Origin: Nitrospirota bacterium
Lineage (GTDB): Bacteria > JACPQY01
DNA length: 64,000 nt
Direction: 5' to 3'
NCBI GenBank assembly: GCA_016180645.1
Contig: JACPAV010000016.1
Span: 62,001 to 126,000 of the forward strand
The notes beneath the pieces were generated by a model that searched no databases, was not told where the DNA came from, and saw only the letters and a list, made by a program, of their open reading frames with translations. Shown piece after piece: positions 38,338-46,678 of this stretch (positions are counted from its first letter, which is position 1; the number at the start of each line of letters is the position of its first letter). The translations under genes were made by a program, and so were the position numbers.

Positions 38338-39329
38338 CAGGCCCTCCTCAGCGGAAGCAGAATCTCGAACATGCCTCGCTCCGGATAGTGGAGGAGGCCC
38401 CGATGTTCTTTGATGATCCGATAGGAAATCGCGAGTCCCAGTCCCAACCCCTTGTCCTTCGAGGACCGATAGGGGGCGAAGAGCCAGTTTTCGAAACCGT
38501 CGGGAAGACCCGGGCCCGTGTCCTGAATAAGAATCGAAACCATGTTCCGTCCCGGCGTGTACACCGAGTCCATGGAGAGGCGCGTGGACAGTGTGATCTT
38601 CCCCCGTTCGCGCATGGCCTCGATGGCATTCTTCACGAGGTTGGACACGGCGCGCTTGAGCTTTTCGGCATCGACCGGAATCGGGGGCAGGCTGGGATCG
38701 AATCGGCGTTCTACGTCGATCCCTTTTTCCTTCATCATGCCCCTGAACAGACCGAGGGCGTCATCGAGCATTTCATGAATGTTCGTTTCCCTGAATTCGA
38801 ACGACGTCGGTTTCGACAATTCCACCATCTCCAGCACCATGGCCTCGAGGCGCCTCGTTTCCGTTTCGAGAATCCGAACGAGCTCGGGGTCGAACCCTTC
38901 TTTCAGGAGCTGGGCCGCCCCTTTTACTCCCGTGAGGGGGCCTTTCATTTCGTGCAGGATCTCGCTCGCGACTTTGGCCAGAAGGACCAGCGTCTCCTCG
39001 CGGCGGGACTCATCTTCCATGGCTCGGAAGCGGGTGATGTTCCTCATGAGAATCACGAAAATGTCCCCCGGTCCCGCCACCGGAAAAAGGTCCAGGAGAA
39101 ACGTGTAGGGAGCGAAGTTCCACCACATTCCGCGAACGCTTCGGCCCGAACGCAGCGTGGAGATTTCCGCAGCCATCCCTTTCAGAGCATCCAGTGCTCG
39201 CTCGCGACCGATCATCGTTAGAAGCTCCTGTGCGGCGGGATTCGTGTAGTGGAGATGCCCTCCGGAATCCGCCACGAGCACGGCATCCTGGATGTTATCC
39301 AGAATCGCAGAAGGTTCACAGGTACCCAC
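38337..39329 (-). CDS. Cytoplasmic PAS sensor histidine kinase, NtrB-like
   Basis: ILDNIQDAVLVAD..NPAAQEL (PAS), HEMKGPL, NLVKNAIEA, DTGPG, GLGLGL; no TM. Confidence 0.9.
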   Translation of the reverse strand: MGTCEPSAILDNIQDAVLVADSGGHLHYTNPAAQELLTMIGRERALDALKGMAAEISTLRSGRSVRGMWWNFAPYTFLLDLFPVAGPGDIFVILMRNITRFRAMEDESRREETLVLLAKVASEILHEMKGPLTGVKGAAQLLKEGFDPELVRILETETRRLEAMVLEMVELSKPTSFEFRETNIHEMLDDALGLFRGMMKEKGIDVERRFDPSLPPIPVDAEKLKRAVSNLVKNAIEAMRERGKITLSTRLSMDSVYTPGRNMVSILIQDTGPGLPDGFENWLFAPYRSSKDKGLGLGLAISYRIIKEHRGLLHYPERGMFEILLPLRRA

Positions 39330-39337
39330 GTTGCTGC

Positions 39338-39366
39338 ATTATAGTGCATCCCGAACGGTCTGACAG
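39338..39366 (-). promoter_or_regulatory. Putative sigma70 promoter (near-leaderless)
   Basis: CTGTCA-N17-TATAAT-N8-GTG. Confidence 0.55.
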
Positions 39367-39464
39367 CGAGCAAATCAGAATCCCAAGAGCATTTGCCAAC
39401 CCTTCGGTACTCATGCAAGGTTGGGACACATGGTGTTTGCAGCATTCAAGATCGGAGGTCGAAA

Positions 39465-40550
39465 GTGAAGGCCGTACTTCTCAATCGCCACGGCGGGCTC
39501 GATGCGCTGGAGATGGGCACCTTGCCGGAACCGAGGGCGGAGGCCGGAGAGGCGGTGGTCCGCGTAAAAGCGTGCGGCCTGAATCATCTGGACGTGTGGG
39601 TGCGAAAGGGCCTGCCGAACCTGAAGCTCGATTACCCTCACGTGCTGGGGTCGGACATCGCGGGAATCGTGGATGACATCAAAGGCTCTCCGCCGCCCTT
39701 TCCGCAAGGCTCCAAGGACGGCGAATGGAAGGGTCAGGTCTCTCCGCCGCCGGGGATCGCCGCGGGGACACGCGTCGTTCTTTTTCCAGGGTTGACTTGT
39801 GGTTATTGCCCCCCGTGTATTTCCGGTCAGGACGACATGTGCCGGGAGTTCAAGCTTTTCGGAGAGCACGTATCGGGTGGATACACCGAAAAGATCAAGG
39901 TGCCCGTGCGCAATCTGGTGGCGATTCCGGACACGCTGAGTTTCGTCCAGGCCGCCTGTATTCCCGTTGCGTATCTCACAGCGTGGCACATGGTGGTGAA
40001 CCGGGCACGCGTGCAGCCGGACGAGTGGGTACTGGTGACGGCGGCCGCGAGCGGCGTCAGCACGGGCGCGATCCAGATCGCCAAAATCTTCGGAGCGCAG
40101 GTCATTGCCGCGGCCTCCTCCAAGGAGAAACTCGCGAAAGCCAGGGAACTCGGCGCCGATGTTCTCGTGGACTACTCCAAGCCGGAATGGTCTCGGGAGG
40201 TGAAGAAGATTACGAATCGCCGCGGGGTGGATGTCATCCTAGACCACGTCGGCCAGTCGAAATGGGAAGACTACATTCCCATCCTTGCCAAAGGCGGGCG
40301 GCTGGTCATTTGCGGCGCATCGAGCGGCCACGAAGGGAAGACCGATCTGCGCCACGTTTTTTTCCGGCGGCTCTCGATCCTCGGATCCACCATGGGGTCG
40401 TCGACCGAATTCCGGCAACTCGTGGATTACGTCGGGCGGGGGCGGATCAAGCCCGTGATTTACAAGACCCTTCCACTCGAACAGGCCCGCGAGGCGCACC
40501 GAATCCTCGAGGAACGCGAGGTCATCGGCAAGGTCGTCCTGGAAATATAG
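39465..40550 (+). CDS. Zinc-binding dehydrogenase (MDR/quinone oxidoreductase family)
   Basis: GGAGG then GTG; MKAVL, GLNHLD, CGYCPPC..C, AASGVS, GSTMG, GKVVL. Confidence 0.92.
   Translation: MKAVLLNRHGGLDALEMGTLPEPRAEAGEAVVRVKACGLNHLDVWVRKGLPNLKLDYPHVLGSDIAGIVDDIKGSPPPFPQGSKDGEWKGQVSPPPGIAAGTRVVLFPGLTCGYCPPCISGQDDMCREFKLFGEHVSGGYTEKIKVPVRNLVAIPDTLSFVQAACIPVAYLTAWHMVVNRARVQPDEWVLVTAAASGVSTGAIQIAKIFGAQVIAAASSKEKLAKARELGADVLVDYSKPEWSREVKKITNRRGVDVILDHVGQSKWEDYIPILAKGGRLVICGASSGHEGKTDLRHVFFRRLSILGSTMGSSTEFRQLVDYVGRGRIKPVIYKTLPLEQAREAHRILEEREVIGKVVLEI
39686..39751. mobile_element. 42-bp hairpin insert flanked by a 12-bp direct repeat, in frame
   Basis: CTCTCCGCCGCC at 39686 and 39740 (54 bp apart); internal CCCTTTCC..CCAAGGACGG..GGAAGGG. 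Confidence 0.65.
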
Positions 40551-40570
40551 AGGCTTCAAATGCGCGCTCG

Positions 40571-40625
40571 GTAGCCGCACCCTTCACGGGTGCGTCTTCG
40601 GACGCAGGCTGAAGCCTGCGCCTAC
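40571..40625. repeat. GTAG-type REP doublet
   Basis: GTAGCCGCACCCTTCACGGGTGCG..CGCAGGCTGAAGCCTGCGCCTAC. Confidence 0.88.
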
Positions 40626-40635
40626 CGTGTAGTGC

Positions 40636-41190
40636 TCAGCCCACCCCTTCGGATATCTTCTCGGATTCGAAAACGAAGAACTCCATTCCCGGCTTTTTCC
40701 ACGCATCCGACGGGAGGCCGGCCTTGCGGCACGTTTCCGATAGGAACGTGTCGCGGTCCCACCCATTTTCCACCGGCACTTGGGGGAGGAGCACTCCCCG
40801 CTTGTGCTGTTTCATCACGCAGAGACCGTGTCGGCCGATATCAATTTCGGACAGATCCTTGATCGATCTGAGCGGCGTCAAGATGGAAAGCTCGATTTCG
40901 ATCTCACCCAATTCCTTCGCCTCGACGGGCAGAAACCGGGGATCTTCGGAGGCCGCGGCCACCGTCAGATCCTGAAGCATCTCGACGAACGATTTTCGAG
41001 GCGCCAGCGATCCGATACATCCTCTCAACTCTCCCGAACGGCGCAGAGTGACAAAGAGACCCGATCCCGGCACATCCGGTGCGCCCGACTCAAGAGTGGG
41101 CTTCTCCCCCGTTCGGACAAAGCGATCCAGCGTGCTCCGTGAGAGGCGCAAGAGTTCTCTCGAAGCCTCCGGTGAAAGGCCCACAAACAA
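40636..41190 (-). CDS. amrA: AMMECR1-domain protein (AmmeMemoRadiSam system protein A)
   Basis: GLFVTL..ELRGCIG, DPRF, ELSIL, GRHGL, GVLLPQV, CRKAGL. Confidence 0.9.
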   Translation of the reverse strand: MFVGLSPEASRELLRLSRSTLDRFVRTGEKPTLESGAPDVPGSGLFVTLRRSGELRGCIGSLAPRKSFVEMLQDLTVAAASEDPRFLPVEAKELGEIEIELSILTPLRSIKDLSEIDIGRHGLCVMKQHKRGVLLPQVPVENGWDRDTFLSETCRKAGLPSDAWKKPGMEFFVFESEKISEGVG

Positions 41191-41224
41191 AGTGTAGACC
41201 TTTCCAGCCGGAGGGAAAAGGCGG

Positions 41225-42907
41225 CTATTCCCCCGGGGCGATTTCTTCCAGGTGGAGTTTCTCGATATGCACGGGGGGCGAGTAGACGACTTCGTCGGAG
41301 GCCCAAATGATCACCGGTTCGGAAGGACGCCCCACGGCCCGGATGCCGTTCAAAACACTCGAGACATTGTCGTTGATCCGGACGCAGTTCGCTCGGAGCG
41401 GTTTCTCCGCCCGGCCGTTTCGGATCAGAAACGAATCGCCCACGACGGTGGACGTGAAATCGCCCCGCTGCAATCCGTTGATCGGATACGTGTACCAGAT
41501 CCGCCCGATGTAGACGCCGGAATCGACATCCCGAATCAGTGACGGCAAGTCCTTTTCCCCCTCTTCGACGAGCACATTGGTGGCGGCCGTGTGCGGCGCC
41601 TGTGCGAAATGCCGTCCGGGGCTGTTGCCGTACCGGAACCCGTTTCTGAACAACTGCCGTGAAGCGAGCGTTTCAGCGGGAACGCCGAGCTTGGACTTCA
41701 CCTCCGGGTCCTTCAACAGCTTGGTGCCCTCGTGGTGCGACCCCAGAATTCCCCGGAGGACCCCGCGAACGATGAGTTCCGTCTTCCCCGTGGATATGCC
41801 CTCGCACGTGAGCGCCTTGGTTCCCATGTGTCCCATACGAGAGCCATCGTCCACCAACGTGAGAAGTTCCGAGGCGACCCTCTGGTCCATCCGCCCTTGG
41901 AAGGGGGAGCTTCCTGCAAAGAACGTCCCTGCGGTCACCGCCGGCACCACCAGATTGTTGAGCATGTCCGCCATCGCCTGCGGGCCCAAGATCACGCGGT
42001 ACTCCCCCGACGAAATCCGCTCCCCCCCCATGCACCGGATGGCGTTCTCCGCGGCTTGAAATCCAACACGGCCGGAGAATCCGCGCAGCTCCGGGCCGGC
42101 AAAGGTGCACGTGCCTTTCGCGTTGTCCGATTCGACCATGGCGGTCACGTAGGCCATGAGCAACGTGGTTTCATCGGAGAGAATCCCCGTCGCGTCGGTG
42201 CGGGCCAACGCCATCCGCTCGGTCACCGCCGAAACATCTCCACTGAGGATCAGCCCCAGATCCCGCACGTCCCGGATACTCCCGGCTCGCACTTTCCCCA
42301 CGATCGCGGACGTCCCCTTGCCGAGGACGGTATGGGGCCATGATATGTCGCCGTGCCATGGACGGCACGGCATGGACCATGGCCTGTCCTCCGAACCGGT
42401 CGAAAGTGCGGCCGGCATCACGCCGGACCGGGCTTTCAGCGCCTCGGAACGGGAGAACCCCTCGATCCCGCCTCGCACCACCTTCCAGCCGAGGTCGACG
42501 AGGGTCTTGTCCGATAGGCGCGACAGTGCCGGGTCGTGGTAGCGGGCCTTCGCAGACCTTTTCTTCGCCCACGCTGGAAATCCGTGGAAGGCCGGATCGG
42601 CTACGGCATTGCGCCGGGCTTTTTCCAAAGCCCTCTTCACCCCGCGCTGAGTGAAATCGGACGCCTCGGAGCCGAAGCCGATCTTGCGGACGCCCCCCTC
42701 TTCGAAAAGGATCCTTACCGCCAACCCGCGGAACTCGTACGTCTTGGGCTCCTCCACGCCATTGCACGGGAGGTGCGAGGCGTAGTGCAGCCGGGCCGTG
42801 TGGGCGAGATTTTCCGAGGCAAACACTTCTCCGGCAACCAGGCCCTTCTCCTTCTTCACGAGCCGGAGCCCGTCGGCCACCACCTTCCGCAAAATGGAAA
42901 TTCCCAT
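41225..42907 (-). CDS. TldD/PmbA-family protein with in-frame repeat insertions
   Basis: SSGEYRVILGP, RVASELLTLVDD, CEG, AATNVLV, GDF..SFLIRNG..I.DN; start set at ATG 42907 from the promoter position. Confidence 0.85.
   Translation of the reverse strand: MGISILRKVVADGLRLVKKEKGLVAGEVFASENLAHTARLHYASHLPCNGVEEPKTYEFRGLAVRILFEEGGVRKIGFGSEASDFTQRGVKRALEKARRNAVADPAFHGFPAWAKKRSAKARYHDPALSRLSDKTLVDLGWKVVRGGIEGFSRSEALKARSGVMPAALSTGSEDRPWSMPCRPWHGDISWPHTVLGKGTSAIVGKVRAGSIRDVRDLGLILSGDVSAVTERMALARTDATGILSDETTLLMAYVTAMVESDNAKGTCTFAGPELRGFSGRVGFQAAENAIRCMGGERISSGEYRVILGPQAMADMLNNLVVPAVTAGTFFAGSSPFQGRMDQRVASELLTLVDDGSRMGHMGTKALTCEGISTGKTELIVRGVLRGILGSHHEGTKLLKDPEVKSKLGVPAETLASRQLFRNGFRYGNSPGRHFAQAPHTAATNVLVEEGEKDLPSLIRDVDSGVYIGRIWYTYPINGLQRGDFTSTVVGDSFLIRNGRAEKPLRANCVRINDNVSSVLNGIRAVGRPSEPVIIWASDEVVYSPPVHIEKLHLEEIAPGE
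42316..42382. mobile_element. 67-bp MITE copy 2, nested in a larger inverted repeat (42282-42415) inside the TldD/PmbA CDS
   Basis: CC-CCTTGCCGAGGACGGTATGGGGCCATGATATGTCGCC...CATGG-CC; outer CCGGCTCGCACTTTC...GAAAGTGCGGCCGG. Confidence 0.8.
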
Positions 42908-42915
42908 GGGGGACG

Positions 42916-42944
42916 ATCTTAGCGGCACCCGTTGTGCAACTCAA
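42916..42944 (-). promoter_or_regulatory. Putative sigma70 promoter (near-leaderless)
   Basis: TTGAGT-N17-TAAGAT-N8-ATG. Confidence 0.55.
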
Positions 42945-42956
42945 CACGCAGGTCCC

Positions 42957-42995
42957 GAGGCTAAACCTCGATAGCCGCTATCGAGGTTTAGCCTC
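42957..42995. repeat. 39-bp palindrome (19-bp arms, 1-nt centre)
   Basis: GAGGCTAAACCTCGATAGC-C-GCTATCGAGGTTTAGCCTC. Confidence 0.9.
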
Positions 42996-43014
42996 CATAG
43001 GGCGTTTCGTGAAA

Positions 43015-43044
43015 TTGACGCGTTCATCGGCGCAAACGTATAAT
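43015..43044 (+). promoter_or_regulatory. Sigma70 promoter of the pilB-like operon
   Basis: TTGACG-N18-TATAAT, 12 nt before ATG 43057. Confidence 0.7.
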
Positions 43045-43056
43045 AGAAGCATCGCC

Positions 43057-44772
43057 ATGCCGCCCACCACGACGCGCCGTCCCTCCCGGCAACTCTTGAG
43101 CGACATCATCGTGGACATGGGCCTCGTGTCCAGAAGGGATCTCGATCATGCGCTCGAGGAGAGTCGGAAGCAGAACGTCCGCGTGGGAGAAATCCTCCTC
43201 CGAAAGGGGCTGGTCAGCGAGGAACAGATCGCGCAAGCCCTCGCCCGGCAATTCACCATGACGTACGTCCGGCTGGAAGGCAAAGACATCGCTTCGGAAA
43301 CGGTCAAACTCATTCCCGAAGCCGTGGCTCGCCGACACACGATCGTGCCCGTCGAGAGCGGCCCGCAGGACCTGATGCTCGGAATGGCCGATCCCCTGAA
43401 CATCTTTGCCCTGGACCAGGTCAAGATGATCACCCGCCACAAGGTGCAGCCGGTCGTCTGTTCCAAGGCGGAGATCCTGCGGGTGTTGGACCGGGTATAC
43501 GCCGCCGAGCAGTCGGTGAAGAGCGTCCTGGACGAGATCGACCTGGCCGGTCTGGAACTTCTCGCCCAGGAATCGGAGAGCCCGGCCACGTTGGAAAAGG
43601 TGGCTTCGGACACTTCCATTGTCAAACTGGTCAATACGATCCTATACGTCGCCGTCCAGCAGCGGGCGAGCGACATCCATCTGGAACCGCAATCCGAAGC
43701 CTTCCTCGTTCGGATGCGAATCGATGGAGTTCTCTACAAGCTGTACCAGCTTCCCCTCAAGGTCCATATGGGTGTGGTCTCGCGCATCAAGATCATGGGC
43801 GGGATGGACATCGCCGAAAAACGCGTTCCCCAGGACGGGCGGTTCGAGGCGAAGATCGGGGATCACCAGATCGACGTGCGTGTCTCTTCCATTCCCCTCC
43901 TGCACGGGGAGAAGGCCGAACTGAGGATTCTGGAGAAAAGCCGGCGGAGGATACAGCTCGAAGACCTTCCCATGGAAGGCGACACGCGCGCCCAGGTTGA
44001 GAAAGCCATTCAGAACCCCTACGGCCTGTTCGTCGTTTCGGGCCCGACGGGCTCCGGAAAAACCACCACCTTGTACGCCGTGCTCAACTGCATGAACGCC
44101 GCGGAAAAGAACATCGTGACGGTGGAAGATCCCGTGGAGTATCAGCTCCCGAACGTCAACCAAATCCCCATCAATCCTCGCGCGAATCTGACGTTCGCCA
44201 CTGCACTGCGCTCCATTCTCCGGCAGGATCCGGATGTCATCATGGTCGGCGAGATCCGCGACCGTGAAACGGCGGAGATTTCCATCCAGGCGGCTCTTAC
44301 GGGGCACTTGGTCCTCACCACGCTCCACACCAATTCCGCCCCCGGCGCGGTCAGCCGCCTCGTCGAAATGGGCGTCGAGCCGTACCTGATTTCATCCTCC
44401 CTCCTCGGCGTTCTAGGCCAAAGGCTTGTGCGCCAGGTCTGCCCGGACTGCAAGCAGCCGCATGCGCCGGAGCCGGCGGTTCTGGCGAATTTCGAATGGA
44501 TGCCCGAGAACGCATCGCACTTCTTCCGCGGCGCCGGTTGCTCCAATTGCCGTGGAACGGGCTATCGCGGCCGGTTGGCCGTATTTGAATTGATGCGTAT
44601 GGGGCCCGCCGTTCGGAAGAGCATTTTGCATCGAGAAGACCTTGAACAAATTGCCGCCGCCGCCCAGACGGAAGGCTTCCGATCCCTGCGCCAGAACGGT
44701 CTGGAGCTCGTGGTGGCGGGCAGGACCACGTTGGAAGAAATCGTCCGCGTGACCCGGGACGTGGAGATCTGA
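43057..44772 (+). CDS. PilB/GspE/MshE-family assembly ATPase with MshEN-like N-terminus
   Basis: RVGEILLRKGLVSEEQIAQALARQ, ASDIH, PQDGR, GPTGSGKTTTLY, TVEDPVEY, LRQDPD, TGHLVLTTLH, CxxC..CxxC. Confidence 0.93.
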   Translation: MPPTTTRRPSRQLLSDIIVDMGLVSRRDLDHALEESRKQNVRVGEILLRKGLVSEEQIAQALARQFTMTYVRLEGKDIASETVKLIPEAVARRHTIVPVESGPQDLMLGMADPLNIFALDQVKMITRHKVQPVVCSKAEILRVLDRVYAAEQSVKSVLDEIDLAGLELLAQESESPATLEKVASDTSIVKLVNTILYVAVQQRASDIHLEPQSEAFLVRMRIDGVLYKLYQLPLKVHMGVVSRIKIMGGMDIAEKRVPQDGRFEAKIGDHQIDVRVSSIPLLHGEKAELRILEKSRRRIQLEDLPMEGDTRAQVEKAIQNPYGLFVVSGPTGSGKTTTLYAVLNCMNAAEKNIVTVEDPVEYQLPNVNQIPINPRANLTFATALRSILRQDPDVIMVGEIRDRETAEISIQAALTGHLVLTTLHTNSAPGAVSRLVEMGVEPYLISSSLLGVLGQRLVRQVCPDCKQPHAPEPAVLANFEWMPENASHFFRGAGCSNCRGTGYRGRLAVFELMRMGPAVRKSILHREDLEQIAAAAQTEGFRSLRQNGLELVVAGRTTLEEIVRVTRDVEI

Positions 44773-44774
44773 GG

Positions 44775-46022
44775 GTGTCCACCTATGCGTATCGGGCACG
44801 CAGCCGCGTCGGCGAGCTCATTATCGGTACGCTCGAGGCCGACACCCAGGATCAAGTCGAGGCCCGACTGGCCAGAGACAACCTCATTCCCGTTCGCATC
44901 GAGGAGCGAAGGCCGAAGAAACTGGACGCGTTTCTGGATCGGGTCTTCAAGCGCATCAAACCCCGGGACCGGATCGTTCTCTACCGCCAGCTGGCCGCCA
45001 TGTATGGCGCCGGGGTCTCGTTCACACGCATGTTGGAGACCGCGAAGAAGCAAACAGAGAATCCCCGACTCCAGAAGGTCCTGGTCCAGGTCGGGAAAGA
45101 CATTCAGGAGGGCATGAGCTTCGCCAACGCTCTCGCCCGTCACCCCGGCGTCTTTAACGAGGTGGTCATCAACATGGTCTCGGCCGGTGAGGCCGGCGGT
45201 GTCCTGGAGGAAGTGCTCGACCGAATCGGCCAGATGGCCGAGCGGGAGCTCGATCTGGACAGCAAGGTTCGCTCGGCGACGCTCTACCCCAAGATGGTTC
45301 TGGTGGCGGCCATCCTCGGCGGCGGGGTGGTCGTGTACTTCCTGATACCCAAGTTGCAGGCCCTGTACCGCCAACTGGGAGGCGCGAACGCGGTCCTTCC
45401 CCTGCCCACTCGCATCTTGGTGGGAATCTCGGACGCCTTCATTGCTTACTGGTACCTCGCCGCCGTGGTGTTGGGTTCGGCCTACGCTTCCTGGCGGATC
45501 CTTCTCACGCTGCCGGCGGGGCGTTACCTCGTGGACCGACTCCGGTTGAAGGTTTGGATCTTCGGATCGATTTTCGAAAGGGTGGCCATGGCGCGATTCA
45601 GCCGGATCTTCGGCAGTCTTTACCGGAGCGGCATGCCGATCCTGCAGGCCCTGGAGATCTCATCACGGGCGTTGGGCAACGCTTTCATCGCTCGAGAAGT
45701 TCTCCATACGCGGCAGTCCCTCATCGAAGGGAAAACGCTGCTGGAATCCATCGAAAGAGCCAAGGGGTTCACACCGATGATCCAGCAGATGATCGGGGTG
45801 GGTGAGGAAGCCGGGACCCTGGACCGAATGCTTCAGAAGGCCGCGGACTACTACGACAGCGAGATCGACCATTCGATCCGAACGCTGACGACGCTTTTGG
45901 AGCCCGCTCTCCTGCTCGGACTCTTCGCCATCGTCGGATTCCTGGCCCTGGCCATGTTCCTTCCCATGTGGCAGATGATATCGTTTGTGAATACGGGCGG
46001 AGGAGCGCCGGGTGTTCCATGA
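44775..46022 (+). CDS. PilC/GspF/MshG-family inner-membrane platform protein
   Basis: YAYRAR, GEAGGVL, ATLYP, GEEAGTLD, LLEP..AMFLPMW; three TM segments. Confidence 0.93.
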   Translation: MSTYAYRARSRVGELIIGTLEADTQDQVEARLARDNLIPVRIEERRPKKLDAFLDRVFKRIKPRDRIVLYRQLAAMYGAGVSFTRMLETAKKQTENPRLQKVLVQVGKDIQEGMSFANALARHPGVFNEVVINMVSAGEAGGVLEEVLDRIGQMAERELDLDSKVRSATLYPKMVLVAAILGGGVVVYFLIPKLQALYRQLGGANAVLPLPTRILVGISDAFIAYWYLAAVVLGSAYASWRILLTLPAGRYLVDRLRLKVWIFGSIFERVAMARFSRIFGSLYRSGMPILQALEISSRALGNAFIAREVLHTRQSLIEGKTLLESIERAKGFTPMIQQMIGVGEEAGTLDRMLQKAADYYDSEIDHSIRTLTTLLEPALLLGLFAIVGFLALAMFLPMWQMISFVNTGGGAPGVP

Positions 46023-46235
46023 GCGTGATGCGAATGGCCCTTTCGACATTTTGCGGCGGTCACGAAGACCGCGATGGGCGGAAAGGGCCGTGAGCGTGAA
46101 GCGAACGGCCCTCACGACATTTGACGGCGGTCACGAAGACCGCGATGGGCGGAAAGGGCCGTGAGCGTGAAGCGAACGGCCCTCACGACATTTGACGGCG
46201 GTCACGAAGACCGCGATCCGAGAAGAGGGCCATGA
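46019..46235 (+). repeat. Three 71-bp tandem units, each a 24-aa mini-ORF linked by NTGA overlaps (MIRU-like)
   Basis: TGAGCGTGA at 46020, 46091, 46162, 46233; ORFs 46019-46093, 46090-46164, 46161-46235. Confidence 0.9.
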
Positions 46236-46678
46236 GCGTGACGTTGGGCTCCACGTCCGGTCGGACGATCTTCGAAAGCCTGCTGGTCGTCACCCTCATC
46301 AGCCTTCTGATGGGCGGCACGGGATTCGAGATCCAGCGGGTCGACCGGCGGGTTCGTGAAACGGCCTTGAAATGGGAACTGCGCAACCTGAGGGCCGCCA
46401 TCTCTCTTTTTTCTTTCATGAACAGCCGGGTTCCGTTGTCTCTCCGAGAGGTTCATGAAAGAGGATTTGTCGAGCCGTTCCGGCGGGATGTGCGGCTGGG
46501 CGCCGTCACGGCCGAGCCGGCCCGACTGAGGCTGAGAAGCCTCATTTCCCTCGACGTGATTCAGGAAATGGGAATTGACGAGGCGGGGAATATCCTCGAC
46601 CCCTTCGGAAACCCCTACGTTTTTGATCCGGAATCGGGCCGGCTTTATACCACTACCGAGGAGTACACAAGATGGTGA
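46232..46678 (+). CDS. Pilin/pseudopilin-like protein
   Basis: G|RTIFE + hydrophobic helix, RETALKWELRNLRAAI, GspG-like DPFGNPY; in the pilB/pilC operon. Confidence 0.7.
   Translation: MSVTLGSTSGRTIFESLLVVTLISLLMGGTGFEIQRVDRRVRETALKWELRNLRAAISLFSFMNSRVPLSLREVHERGFVEPFRRDVRLGAVTAEPARLRLRSLISLDVIQEMGIDEAGNILDPFGNPYVFDPESGRLYTTTEEYTRW

Noticed and set aside
39421-39442. Possible sigma54 promoter upstream of the dehydrogenase
   Set aside because: GG and GC are not at -24/-12 spacing.
40636-41190. Complete AmmeMemoRadiSam system
   Set aside because: Only the AMMECR1 gene is present; no Memo or radical SAM gene in the window.
46020-46232. 71-bp periodic array as a CRISPR
   Set aside because: Whole units repeat with no unique spacers.
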